From a candidate division WOR-3 bacterium (lineage in GTDB: Bacteria > Hydrothermota > Tepidihabitantia > Tepidihabitantales > Tepidihabitantaceae), in NCBI GenBank assembly GCA_024653355.1, contig JANLFQ010000003.1, positions 74,944 to 138,943 on the forward strand: a DNA stretch of 64,000 nt, in the 5' to 3' direction. Under the pieces are notes generated by a model, which did not search any database, was not told the DNA's origin, and saw nothing but the letters and a program-made list of their open reading frames with translations. A program made the position numbers and the translations under genes. This document shows positions 10,764 to 20,279 of the stretch, piece after piece. The number at the start of each line of letters is the position of its first letter. Position 1 is the stretch's first letter.

Positions 10764-11338
10764 GAAGGGTTGGTATCCTGATTGTTCTGGCCGCGGTTGT
10801 TGTGGTTGGCGGGTTTTTGCTTTTGCGTAAGCCCCAGAAGTCAACAGGGAAAAGGACGAAGAGCAAAACGGCGCAAAGTGATTCAACACAGGTTGCCGGT
10901 CAGCAAAGTGGTACGGCGGCTGTCCGCGGCGCGAAGGGAAAGACGGTTGGACGGTTGAAAGCGAAAACAAAAGAGGAGCGACTGGCAGAAAAAAAGCGGT
11001 TGCGGGAAGAAGAGAAGAAGAAGCGCCGGGAGTTGAAACGGCAAGAGCGGGAGCGGCGCCGGATGCTTAAATATGCGCGCTCAAAGCGGGGAAGCAGAAA
11101 GGCGAGCCGTAAGGGTTCCTACTATGTTGTCAAAGCGATTGTTTCGCTGGGCAGTGAAAGTTACGCTTTGATTGATAGCCGAAGGGTAAAAGTGGGCGAT
11201 GTCGTGATGGGGCGCCGAATTGTTGATATTCAACCCGACAGAATTGAGATTGAGGCTTTTGGACGAAGGAGTGTAGTCCGGGTGGGTGAGAGCATCTTAC
11301 CCACTTCCTATATTATAGAGAGGAAGCGAAGGATTTAA
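10760..11338 (+). CDS. Membrane-anchored Lys/Arg/Glu-rich protein with PilP-like C-terminal domain
   Basis: GTG start overlapping the PilO stop; TM helix, highly charged low-complexity linker, C-terminal ...IDSRRVKVGDVVMGRRIVDIQPDRIEIEA (PilP/GspC-like). Confidence 0.5.
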   Translation: MRRVGILIVLAAVVVVGGFLLLRKPQKSTGKRTKSKTAQSDSTQVAGQQSGTAAVRGAKGKTVGRLKAKTKEERLAEKKRLREEEKKKRRELKRQERERRRMLKYARSKRGSRKASRKGSYYVVKAIVSLGSESYALIDSRRVKVGDVVMGRRIVDIQPDRIEIEAFGRRSVVRVGESILPTSYIIERKRRI

Positions 11339-11354
11339 ACAGGAAAGGAGCAAC

Positions 11355-11837
11355 TTGAGCGAGAAATTTTTAGCAATTTTAGCTATCGCGGTTGTTGCCC
11401 TGGGTGGTTATACCCTGTTTTTCCGAACAAATGGTGCTGGTCCGAAGATTGCTGACGGGACGGCATACACCGAAATTTCCCATATGGCGCCGGCCGAAGT
11501 GTCGCGTTCGATGCAATCTAAAGAAAAGGTCCAAGCACCGTCATCTGCCGGGGTAACATCAGCCCAGGGCGCAGCGCTGGAAACTGCTACCAGTTATGAA
11601 GAAAATGTGGTATGGGGAAGTGACCCATTCGTGCGCGACTGGGTTTTGAGTACTGAGATTGCCAATCTGAACCTTCAGGCGATTACGGTTACCCCTCACG
11701 GTGCGAGCGCCTTAATCAATGACCAGATTGTCCAAGTCGGAGATGAAATCAATCGCAAAAAAGTGGTTGATATCAAAGAGGACCAGGTAACCCTGGAGCA
11801 GGGTGGTCGAACATTTACTTTGACACTGGGGGAGTAA
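11355..11837 (+). CDS. PilP-like protein
   Basis: TTG start after AAAGGAG; N-terminal TM helix; C-terminal ...INDQIVQVGDEINRKKVVDIKEDQVTLEQGG resembles the PilP domain. Confidence 0.5.
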   Translation: MSEKFLAILAIAVVALGGYTLFFRTNGAGPKIADGTAYTEISHMAPAEVSRSMQSKEKVQAPSSAGVTSAQGAALETATSYEENVVWGSDPFVRDWVLSTEIANLNLQAITVTPHGASALINDQIVQVGDEINRKKVVDIKEDQVTLEQGGRTFTLTLGE

Positions 11838-11840
11838 CTT

Positions 11841-13442
11841 ATGAAAAATAAAACAACAGTTTTGGTTGTCATGTTCCTTGCCCTTATGGGTCTGTTAGCA
11901 GCCCAGGAGCAAATTGTCGTAAAGGATGTCGCGGTTGAAAAGTTGCTCGATGGTGTTCGGGTAACGATTGCCTGTAGCCAGACACCCAACATCAGTTCCT
12001 ATGTTTCTTATCAACCGCCGGCGCTGGTTGTCGATGTGATGGATGCGACTTCGAAGGTGGCGCAAGAGCGTATCACTTCCCGTTTCTACCCGGTGAGTGC
12101 GGTTACGGTTAAACCGAGCGATGCGACCAGCGGTGTTCGGGTAACTGTGTTTCTGCGCGATGTCGTGCGGCACCGGATTTACAACGAAGGCGGCGTGGTA
12201 ACGATTGATTTTGGAACAACACCTTTGATGCCCGCACCCGAAATCAAGAGTCAGGACCCGTTTGAGGGCAAGCCACCGCTAACGCTACTGGTTCAGGATG
12301 CTGACATTGCCAGCGTTTTGCGGATGATTGCCCGGCAGTTTGACCTCAACCTGCTGATCAGTCAGGATGTAAAGTCGATGGTGAGTGTCCGGTTGAATGA
12401 GGTGCCGCTGCGCGTTGGTGTGGAGGCGCTTTTGAAGGCGGCGGGCTGTAATATGGTGGAAGATAAGAGCGGGGTGATAATTGTAAAGCCGCTGAAGAAG
12501 CAGATGTATGGCGAGATGCAAACGCGGGTTTTTCGCCTTGACTACCTTGAAGCCAAGGATGCCAAGGAGGCGATTGCCAAGGCACTTTCGGAAAATGGAA
12601 CGGCCGAGATTGGTTTCAGCCGGGTCGGTACCAAGGCGGCAGGCGGTGAGGAGCGAAGCGGGATACTGGTGGTAACCGATGTGCCTGAGGCGCTTGATAA
12701 CATCGCACGCATAATTTCCGAACTGGACCGGCCGATGCCCCAGATTGCGATTGAGGCAAAGTTCATTGAGACCACCTATTCAAGTGAAGACCGCTACGGC
12801 ATTGACTGGACCCCAATCGCAACATTTTCTACCGAGATGCCCAAAATTAACGATGAGGTTGCAATTCCGGTGATTGTGAAAGAGATGCTTTTTGGCAAGA
12901 TATCGTTTTCTCAGTTCAGTGCCTCACTGGAGCTGCTGATGTCGCGGGGTAAATCACGGGTTCTTGCCAATCCCAGGACGGTGACGCTGGACAATCAAAC
13001 GGCGTCGATAAGTATGGGGCTGGATGTGCCAGTACGAGAAGTCCACAAAGACCCGAACACGGGAGAGATTACTTACACCTGGCGGACGCGGTCAATTCCG
13101 ATCAAGATGGATGTTACCCCCCATGTTACTTCCGATGGGATGATTACGATGCGGGTGAAACCCAGCGTTGAGGCAATTACCGGTTGGGTTGGCTCGGCCG
13201 ACGACCGCCAGCCGATTGTTGCCAAGCGGGAAGCCGAGACCCAGGTGAAAGTTGCTGAGGATGAGGTGGTGGTGATTGGCGGTTTGGTCAAGGACGAGGA
13301 GACGAAAAATGTTGGCAAGATTCCGCTCCTCGGTGACATTCCGATTATCGGGCATTTGTTTAAGAAGACATCGGTTCAGCGGAACAAGAGCGATTTGATG
13401 ATTTTTATCATCCCCCACATACTGATGCCCGAAAACGGATAG
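11841..13442 (+). CDS. pilQ: Secretin (PilQ/GspD family outer-membrane channel)
   Basis: Signal peptide; C-terminal secretin motifs VVVIGGLVKDEETKNVGKIPLLGDIPIIGHLFK...SDLMIFIIPHIL. Confidence 0.9.
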   Translation: MKNKTTVLVVMFLALMGLLAAQEQIVVKDVAVEKLLDGVRVTIACSQTPNISSYVSYQPPALVVDVMDATSKVAQERITSRFYPVSAVTVKPSDATSGVRVTVFLRDVVRHRIYNEGGVVTIDFGTTPLMPAPEIKSQDPFEGKPPLTLLVQDADIASVLRMIARQFDLNLLISQDVKSMVSVRLNEVPLRVGVEALLKAAGCNMVEDKSGVIIVKPLKKQMYGEMQTRVFRLDYLEAKDAKEAIAKALSENGTAEIGFSRVGTKAAGGEERSGILVVTDVPEALDNIARIISELDRPMPQIAIEAKFIETTYSSEDRYGIDWTPIATFSTEMPKINDEVAIPVIVKEMLFGKISFSQFSASLELLMSRGKSRVLANPRTVTLDNQTASISMGLDVPVREVHKDPNTGEITYTWRTRSIPIKMDVTPHVTSDGMITMRVKPSVEAITGWVGSADDRQPIVAKREAETQVKVAEDEVVVIGGLVKDEETKNVGKIPLLGDIPIIGHLFKKTSVQRNKSDLMIFIIPHILMPENG

Positions 13443-13487
13443 GTTAATGAATTAGGAAAAGCAGGCGGCATTGCCTTTTGCTGATGA

Positions 13488-14624
13488 ATGAATATCGACG
13501 AACTCCTGCGCTATGCAGCAAAATACGGTGCCTCTGACCTCCATATCACTGCGGGCAATCCGCCGATAATCAGGGTTAACGGCAGACTAAAGAAAATTCC
13601 CGGACCAGCACTGACGGCAGAAGATGCCCAGTTGCTGGTCTACTCTATTCTCTCGGATGAACAGCGGGCGGCGGTTGAAAGAAAACGGGAGCTGGACCTT
13701 TCTTACACCTGGGGCGAGGCTTCGCACCATTTACCGCCGGAGGCGGTAACCCTTGATTATATCAGCCCGGAGCGGGTCCGGGCAAGGGTTAATGTATTTC
13801 TTGATTTAGGTGGGGTGGGGGCGGCATTTCGCATCATACCAGCAAAAATCCGGACGCTTGATGAGTTGCCGGCGCCCGCTTCGGTGGCGGAGCTGACGCG
13901 CAGCCATTCCGGACTGGTTCTGGTTACCGGTCCGACCGGTTGTGGGAAATCGACGACGCTGGCAAGTATGATTGACCTGATCGACCAGGAACGGGCGGTA
14001 CGGATAATCACGATTGAGGACCCGATTGAGTACATCTTTCAGCCCCGGAACTGCTTGATAAGTCAGCGGGAGATTGGCACCCATTCCCGTTCATTTGCCG
14101 CCGCGCTGCGGGCGTGTCTGCGGGAAGACCCGGATGTGATTCTGGTGGGCGAGATGCGGGATTTGGAAACTATCAGTCTCGCTTTGACCGCAGCCGAGAC
14201 CGGCCATCTGGTCCTTTCTACACTCCACACGAACAATGTTGCCCAGACTGTTGACCGGGTGATTGATGTCTTTCCTGCTGACCAGCAGGAGTATGTACGG
14301 CAGATTTTTGCCAATGTGATTCGCGGTATCATATCGCAGACCTTGTTGCCCCGGAAAGATGGTAGAGGAAGGGTGGCGGCGATGGAGGTTCTGGTTGCGA
14401 CACCGGCGGTCAAAAACCTTATTCGGGAGGCAAAGACCCACCAGATACCGTCACTGGTCCAGACCGGCTCTCAGTACGGGATGCAGACAATGGACCAGTG
14501 TTTAGAGTCGCTGATGGCAGAGGGGCTTATCGCTCCGGAGGTTGCCTATGCTGTCGCCAGCGACAAGAAACTTTTCACTCCTCCAGCCAGTCCGGTTTCA
14601 CCGCCCGGTCCGAAAGGGCAGTGA
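13488..14624 (+). CDS. pilT: Type IV pilus retraction ATPase PilT
   Basis: GASDLHIT, Walker A GPTGCGKST, Asp box, PilT signature AVKNLIREAKTHQIPSLVQTG. Confidence 0.9.
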   Translation: MNIDELLRYAAKYGASDLHITAGNPPIIRVNGRLKKIPGPALTAEDAQLLVYSILSDEQRAAVERKRELDLSYTWGEASHHLPPEAVTLDYISPERVRARVNVFLDLGGVGAAFRIIPAKIRTLDELPAPASVAELTRSHSGLVLVTGPTGCGKSTTLASMIDLIDQERAVRIITIEDPIEYIFQPRNCLISQREIGTHSRSFAAALRACLREDPDVILVGEMRDLETISLALTAAETGHLVLSTLHTNNVAQTVDRVIDVFPADQQEYVRQIFANVIRGIISQTLLPRKDGRGRVAAMEVLVATPAVKNLIREAKTHQIPSLVQTGSQYGMQTMDQCLESLMAEGLIAPEVAYAVASDKKLFTPPASPVSPPGPKGQ

Positions 14625-15421
14625 TTTACTTATTAACGCTAATTTTGGGTCTGGTTTTTGGTAGTTTTTTTAATGTTTGTATCTGGCGCATTCCGCGCGG
14701 TGAGTCAATAAATTATCCGCCTTCGCGCTGTCCGCGCTGCGGAAAACGCATCCGGTTTTACGACAACATCCCGGTAGTCAGCTTTTTAATTCTCCGGGGC
14801 CGGTGTCGGGATTGTGGTAAACCGATCGCAATTCGTTATCCACTTGTTGAACTTTTGAGCGGGCTCCTTTTCCTGTTAACCTATATCCGCTTTGGGCTCA
14901 ATCCGGCAATTCTGCGCCCGCTAACTTTTATCGGGTTTCTCGTCATTCTTGCCGGTATTGACATTGACCACAAGATACTGCCCTTCAGACTTTCGTTATC
15001 CGGCCTGATTCTGGGGATAATTTTTTCTTTCATCCCTCTGTTTCAGTTCAACATTGAAAAGGCTTTCTGGGGTGGTGTCATCGGCGCCGTGTTTGTGCTC
15101 TTTGCCTGGGCACTCTGGCGGTTTGTGCTGGCGAAGCCGTTTCGCCGTCTCGGGGTAAAAAGGGCAGAAGGGATGGGCTGGGGCGATTTGCCCTTTGCGG
15201 CGATGATTGGTGTTTATGTGGGACCAAAAGGTATGGTGGTGGCGCTGGCGGTGGCGGTGGTTAGCGGTGTGATAGCAGGGGTTTTGGGCCGCATCTGGGG
15301 CAAGACAAAGGCGGGTACTGAGGTGCCCTTTGGTCCATTTTTAGCCCTGGGCGGGCTGGTAGGGTTGTACTGGGGTGAGATGCTGTTTGACCTTTATCTG
15401 CGGGCGATAGGTTTAGCATAA
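14621..15421 (+). CDS. pilD: Prepilin peptidase (A24 family, PilD/GspO)
   Basis: Membrane protein with zinc-binding CPRCG..CRDCG pairs and A24 motifs; GTG start at 14621 overlaps the pilT stop (GTGA); the ORF-track start at 14498 is in another frame over pilT. Confidence 0.85.
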   Translation: MIYLLTLILGLVFGSFFNVCIWRIPRGESINYPPSRCPRCGKRIRFYDNIPVVSFLILRGRCRDCGKPIAIRYPLVELLSGLLFLLTYIRFGLNPAILRPLTFIGFLVILAGIDIDHKILPFRLSLSGLILGIIFSFIPLFQFNIEKAFWGGVIGAVFVLFAWALWRFVLAKPFRRLGVKRAEGMGWGDLPFAAMIGVYVGPKGMVVALAVAVVSGVIAGVLGRIWGKTKAGTEVPFGPFLALGGLVGLYWGEMLFDLYLRAIGLA

Positions 15422-15437
15422 ATGGTAGATTAATAAA

Positions 15438-15471
15438 GCCGGGGAGGCGATTTTACCTCCCCGGCTGTTTT
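15438..15471. terminator. Intrinsic terminator between convergent pilD and the OmpA-family gene
   Basis: 10-bp stem GCCGGGGAGG / CCTCCCCGGC followed by TGTTTTAT. Confidence 0.7.
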
Positions 15472-15485
15472 ATCTCAGAGCCGAT

Positions 15486-17420
15486 TTACTGGCGAATGAC
15501 AAACTCGACGCGGCGGTTGAGTTGTCTGCCTTCTTCGGTGTCGTTAGAGGCGATGGGACGCGATTCGCCGTAGCCCTTGGCGCTGAGCCGTTTCGGGTCA
15601 ATGCCACCGTACTGCACCAGGAAGTTCATCACTGAGTAGGCGCGTTTCTCGGAGAGAATCTGGTTTGCCTTTTCCGAGCCGATGTTGTCGGTATGTCCCT
15701 GAATCTCCACGATGATGTCCGGGTTGTCTTTCATAATCTGGGCGGCTTCCATCAGTGCCGGATAGGATTCGGTGCGCAGTGTCGCCTTGCCAAACTCAAA
15801 GTAGACACCTTTGAGCGTGAGCACCATACCCTTGGCAACCAGTTCAAAGGTCCGGGTGGTGGTTTCGCCTTTGGTGATTGCAAAACTGCTGGTTTGAGGC
15901 AGATAGCCCGGGACTTCAACCTTCACCTCGTAGGAGCCAACAGGCAGTTCCATCTCGAATTCGCCGGTTGTCGCATCGGTTGAAAGCGAGGGCCGTTCGC
16001 CCTGCAGGAATGAGATGGTGGCGGCTAACGGTGCGCCGCTCTGTTTATCAACAACCTTGCCTTTGAACACGCCCTTCATCTCAAGTGAGGAGAGGGCGAA
16101 GTTCAGTTTGGTCACGCCACCGTCTTCAACTTCGACCGCCCGTTCCTCCGGGAAGTAACCTTCTTTTTCCACCCGGACCACAACCAGCCCTGCCGGCACA
16201 TTGTCGGAGCGGAAAAATCCGGTTGTCGGGTTGGAGGTTACCGGTGGAATGTTGGTGGCGATAAATGAGATTGTTGCCTCAAGCGGTTTGCCGTTGTAGG
16301 CGTCAGAAACTCTGCCGGCAACCGTGCCGTAGGGCACGAGCGGCTTCAGTTTGAAGGTGTAGGTGGCATAGCCCTTATCCGGTATGACAAGGGGTACCGC
16401 TTCCGGGATATAGCCTTCGCGGGAGGCTTCAACCACGACCACACCAGCGGGCAGTTTTTCGAGGAAGAAGGTGCCGTTTTCCGGGTCGGTTTTAAGTGCT
16501 GGCAGCCGGCGCTTGATAAATCGGATTTTTGCCTCAAGTGGCATACCAGAGCGGGCGTCTTCAACTTTGCCCACCAGCCTGCCCCAAGGCTTTTCGGGCG
16601 GCTTCGGGAAAGGCGAGACGAAACTCAGCCCGAAGATACCTTCGTAGTCGGGAACCGCATCGGTTAAACCAAGTTCAACGCCGCCGTTCAGGTGCAACAC
16701 GCCCATCTTAATTCGGACACCGGGTGTGATTCGGGCGCGCGGTGTATAATCCTTACCCCAGAGTGCGGAAAATCCGGCGCTGGCGTCCGCTTCTGATGTT
16801 GCTTCTACAAACAGGTCAATGGCGTTGCTTGCCATTTCGATGCCGATGCCGGCGAAGTTCTCTTTTTCGCCCGACAGGGTCTGGCCATAGTTAAACATCA
16901 AGGTGGGTAAGGTTTTGTGCAGTTCCCAGAAGCGTAATGAGAGCAGTCCCCGCCAGGAGTTTTTATCTGATGCCAATCGGTCGAGAAAGCCGTCGGTCTC
17001 CTTGAAGTTGTAGGTACTCTTGGGCATTACCCAGGTGCCGAGCGCTGCGACCTTAACCACCGGTAGAAATGGAATTGACAGTTTTGCGCCGAGAATCTGT
17101 CCCTGCCAGTCGTAGAACAGGGCGTTGGGATTGGTGCGAAAGTCAATAACGCCAACAAGCGAGCCGAACAGTTCGCAGAACGGGTAGGGCGCATAGTTCA
17201 TCTCCATTCCGTAGAGCGGTCCCCGGTACAGGGTGACATTTTCGCCCAGATTGGCACGGAGAAACATCCAGCGGGTCGCGAACACCAGGGCACCGTCTTC
17301 TTCAACCCGGGCGTCCTGGATGCGGAAAAGACCCCGACCCCCACCGAGCGCAGGGTCGGCATACAAGCCGGTAAAGAAAACGGTTGCGAACAGGGTTAGG
17401 GAGAGGACAACTTTTTTCAT
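15486..17420 (-). CDS. OmpA-family outer-membrane protein with three CarboxypepD_reg-like repeats
   Basis: Signal peptide; three repeats of G.V.D..SG.PL.A.I.F; C-terminal OmpA domain (...NRRVEFVI). Confidence 0.85.
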   Translation of the reverse strand: MKKVVLSLTLFATVFFTGLYADPALGGGRGLFRIQDARVEEDGALVFATRWMFLRANLGENVTLYRGPLYGMEMNYAPYPFCELFGSLVGVIDFRTNPNALFYDWQGQILGAKLSIPFLPVVKVAALGTWVMPKSTYNFKETDGFLDRLASDKNSWRGLLSLRFWELHKTLPTLMFNYGQTLSGEKENFAGIGIEMASNAIDLFVEATSEADASAGFSALWGKDYTPRARITPGVRIKMGVLHLNGGVELGLTDAVPDYEGIFGLSFVSPFPKPPEKPWGRLVGKVEDARSGMPLEAKIRFIKRRLPALKTDPENGTFFLEKLPAGVVVVEASREGYIPEAVPLVIPDKGYATYTFKLKPLVPYGTVAGRVSDAYNGKPLEATISFIATNIPPVTSNPTTGFFRSDNVPAGLVVVRVEKEGYFPEERAVEVEDGGVTKLNFALSSLEMKGVFKGKVVDKQSGAPLAATISFLQGERPSLSTDATTGEFEMELPVGSYEVKVEVPGYLPQTSSFAITKGETTTRTFELVAKGMVLTLKGVYFEFGKATLRTESYPALMEAAQIMKDNPDIIVEIQGHTDNIGSEKANQILSEKRAYSVMNFLVQYGGIDPKRLSAKGYGESRPIASNDTEEGRQLNRRVEFVIRQ

Positions 17421-17565
17421 ATACTTCCTCCTCTTTTTAGTGCTTATGTTTTGCGGAGGAGTTCCTTTTTACCCCTCCGTTCCGTAAGTGCCATTATTAA
17501 AATAATATACAAATTCGGTCCGGTGTCAAACTGTTCGTTTTCTTGACAACCAAACTTAATCTCTT

Positions 17566-18300
17566 ATGGTTAGTAAATTTATGGAACAGCCAAGGGCACA
17601 AAAAAGGGTAATTTCAATTGTATTAAGCGGGTTTTTACTCATCGGCGTAATTGCCATTTTTTTGTTTTTAAACAGGTATTTGGGCCGCTACTTCCGCAAT
17701 CCTGAAGAGTTGCGTGTTCTGGTGAAAAACTGGGGGTTATGGGCGCCCTTGGGGATTGTGGTTTTACAACTTATTCAGATTGTGTTTGCACCCCTGCCTG
17801 GTAACTTGATGGCGTTTGCCGGTGGTTATGTCCTTGGTTTCTGGCCCACGATTGTCTGGCTGGTTATCGGGGTTTTAATCGGTGCCACAGTTGCCTTTTT
17901 TATTGCAAGGGTTTCGGGCCGGCAACTGCTGAAGATGTTTGTGCCCGAAGATACACTGGCGCGGTTTGACTCGCTGGTTGTGCGCAAGGGCGTTTTCTAC
18001 ATTTTTTTGTTAATCCTTGTGCCCAATCCGCTTGGCGACTGGGTTTACTATCTTGCGGGTTTGACCAAGATGCCGTTGTTCTTATTCCTTTCCCTTGTCT
18101 TTATCGCCCGGCTTCCGAGTAACATTCTGGAGTGCTGGGTTGGTGCGAGTGCGGTTAGGTTCGGGTACAGGGAGTGGGCGATTTTGGGCGTGATTGCTTT
18201 GATATTTACCGCAGTTTATCTTACAAATCAGAAACGGATTGAGAAACTTCTCCAGCGGGTGGCTGAGAAAGGGAGTAACAAAAGCGCGGCAGGAGATTGA
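17566..18300 (+). CDS. TVP38/TMEM64 (DedA-related) family membrane protein
   Basis: Multi-pass membrane protein with ...VFAPLPGNLMAFAGGYVLGFW motif; true start may be ATG 17581. Confidence 0.75.
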   Translation: MVSKFMEQPRAQKRVISIVLSGFLLIGVIAIFLFLNRYLGRYFRNPEELRVLVKNWGLWAPLGIVVLQLIQIVFAPLPGNLMAFAGGYVLGFWPTIVWLVIGVLIGATVAFFIARVSGRQLLKMFVPEDTLARFDSLVVRKGVFYIFLLILVPNPLGDWVYYLAGLTKMPLFLFLSLVFIARLPSNILECWVGASAVRFGYREWAILGVIALIFTAVYLTNQKRIEKLLQRVAEKGSNKSAAGD

Positions 18301-18811
18301 GTTGTTTATCGGTTGAACTCGCTCACCGTTTATCGCTTCTATTCTGACAGGGATAGGAGTTAACGGAAACCACCGCTGACACTGCTGAACCATAAAAAGA
18401 GAGGTGTTAGCGTCAAAAGAGTAAGCGGATTTGCTGATGATAAAGCGGTGCCTCTTCCGATAAGTCTCAGAATTTAAAGCGGATAGGGTGGGGGAAAGCG
18501 TTCAGCAGGTGAATCGATAAGCGAATCAGGGAACGACTCCCAGAGCGGTTCCCAGAGTGGCATACCGAGACCTTATCAGGGTTATGTCAGGATATAAAGC
18601 CCGATTCAAATAAGTAATGATTTTTAATAGTGTTAGCATCACAAAGATTTGGGAAATGGCGGGCGCCGATATTAACTCTGGTTGAGTCAGGCTTATCAGA
18701 ATAAAAGTTAAGTTATTTTGGGAACGAACTGCTGTGACCGGGGTTAATTATATTTTCCAGTAATCTCATCCTGTTGACAGTTGATGATAACTATTTATTC
18801 TACATAGGAAG

Positions 18812-20149
18812 ATGTTGCAGAAGGTGCTGGTTGCCAATCGGGGCGAGATTGCCCTGCGGATTGTGCGGGGTTGTGCTGACCTCGGGATAAAGAGTGTGGT
18901 TGTTTATTCGGAGGCAGACCGGGAGGCGTTGCCGGTTCTGATTGCCGAGGAGAAGATGTGCATCGGTCCGGCAGCGGCAAGCGGTTCTTATCTTAACTTC
19001 TCCCGGGTGTTATCGGTAGCCCTGGTTAAAGGTTGCGATGCGGTTCATCCCGGTTACGGTTTTCTTTCCGAAAACGCCGACTTTGCGGAGGCGGTTATCG
19101 CTTCAGGTTTGATTTTTGTGGGACCAAAACCGGATACGATCCGGCTCCTGGGCGATAAGATGATGGCGCGGCAGCGAATGAAGGCGGCAGGTGTGCCGGT
19201 TGTACCGGGTTCGGATGGTGCACTGGCGGATTTCCGTTCCGCGATTAAACTGGCAAAGGAGATTGGTTTCCCGGTTTTGCTCAAGGCAGCGGCAGGCGGT
19301 GGTGGTAAAGGGATGCGGGTCATCAACGATGAAAGCGAGATGGAAGCGGGTTGGAATTTGTGCCAGGGTGAGGCGCGGGCATCTTTTGGCGATGACCGGT
19401 TGTATCTGGAAAAGTACATCACCAACGCCCGGCATATTGAAGTGCAGATTCTTGCCGATAACAAGGGGAACTGTGTGAGTCTGGGAGAACGGGACTGTTC
19501 TGCACAGCGCCGGCATCAGAAGTTACTTGAAGAGAGTCCGGCGCCAGGGATTACGGCCGAGTTGAGGCAGAAGTTGGGTGACTGGGCAAAGCGGGCAGCA
19601 CAGGCGGCGGGTTATGTGAGCGCGGGCACGGTTGAGTTCATCTGTGATGAGTCCGGAAGCTGCTACTTTATGGAGATGAACGCCCGGCTTCAGGTTGAGC
19701 ATCCGGTGACAGAGATGGTTACCGGTGTTGATATTGTTGGTGAGCAGTTGAAAATCGCCGGGGGCGAGAGGTTACACATCAAGGAACAGCCTGATTGGCC
19801 AAGAGGTCATGCGATTGAATGCCGGATTTATGCCGAGGACCCGGATGACGATTTTAAACCTTCCCCGGGACTGGTCACCGACCTTGTCTTTCCCGGGGGT
19901 CCGGGGGTTAGAGTTGACAGTTATATCTATCCGGGTTATCGGGTGCCACCGTTTTACGACCCGCTCGTTGCCAAAATCGTTGCCTGGGGTCGGGACCGGG
20001 AGGAAGCGGTGCGACGGATGGAGCGGGCGCTGGCAGAGACAACTATTGGCGGGATTGCGACGACGATTGAGTTCCACCGGCGGTTGCTGTCAAGTCCGCG
20101 ATTCCGCAAAGGTAATTTGACAACAACATTGCTGGACGATGTTTGGTAA
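18812..20149 (+). CDS. accC: Biotin carboxylase (acetyl-CoA carboxylase subunit)
   Basis: MLQKVLVANRGEIALRIVR..., ATP-grasp motifs, 445 aa. Confidence 0.92.
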   Translation: MLQKVLVANRGEIALRIVRGCADLGIKSVVVYSEADREALPVLIAEEKMCIGPAAASGSYLNFSRVLSVALVKGCDAVHPGYGFLSENADFAEAVIASGLIFVGPKPDTIRLLGDKMMARQRMKAAGVPVVPGSDGALADFRSAIKLAKEIGFPVLLKAAAGGGGKGMRVINDESEMEAGWNLCQGEARASFGDDRLYLEKYITNARHIEVQILADNKGNCVSLGERDCSAQRRHQKLLEESPAPGITAELRQKLGDWAKRAAQAAGYVSAGTVEFICDESGSCYFMEMNARLQVEHPVTEMVTGVDIVGEQLKIAGGERLHIKEQPDWPRGHAIECRIYAEDPDDDFKPSPGLVTDLVFPGGPGVRVDSYIYPGYRVPPFYDPLVAKIVAWGRDREEAVRRMERALAETTIGGIATTIEFHRRLLSSPRFRKGNLTTTLLDDVW

Positions 20150-20243
20150 GGAAGTTGTCCGAAACCGCCGCCGGCTAATATCGTAAGATGGGGAAGGTTA
20201 ATTACATCGGCTGGTAAGAACTGCCCTTCGGTGAAGATGGTTC

Positions 20244-20271
20244 TTGACCACAATTGGGCGTTTTCTATAAT
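20244..20271 (+). promoter_or_regulatory. sigma70-type promoter (TTGACC-16-TATAAT) abutting the valS start
   Basis: -35 20244-20249, -10 20266-20271, ATG at 20280. Confidence 0.45.
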
Positions 20272-20279
20272 TGAGGATA

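Noticed and set aside
14498-14620. ORF-track start of the prepilin peptidase at 14498
   Set aside because: This N-terminal extension is out of frame over the 3' end of pilT and reads as low-complexity Arg/Cys/Ser-rich sequence; the GTG at 14621 overlapping the pilT stop is the plausible start
18557-18575. Second sigma54 promoter at AGAGTGGCATACCGAGACC
   Set aside because: It has TGGCAT but no TTGC element at the -12 position
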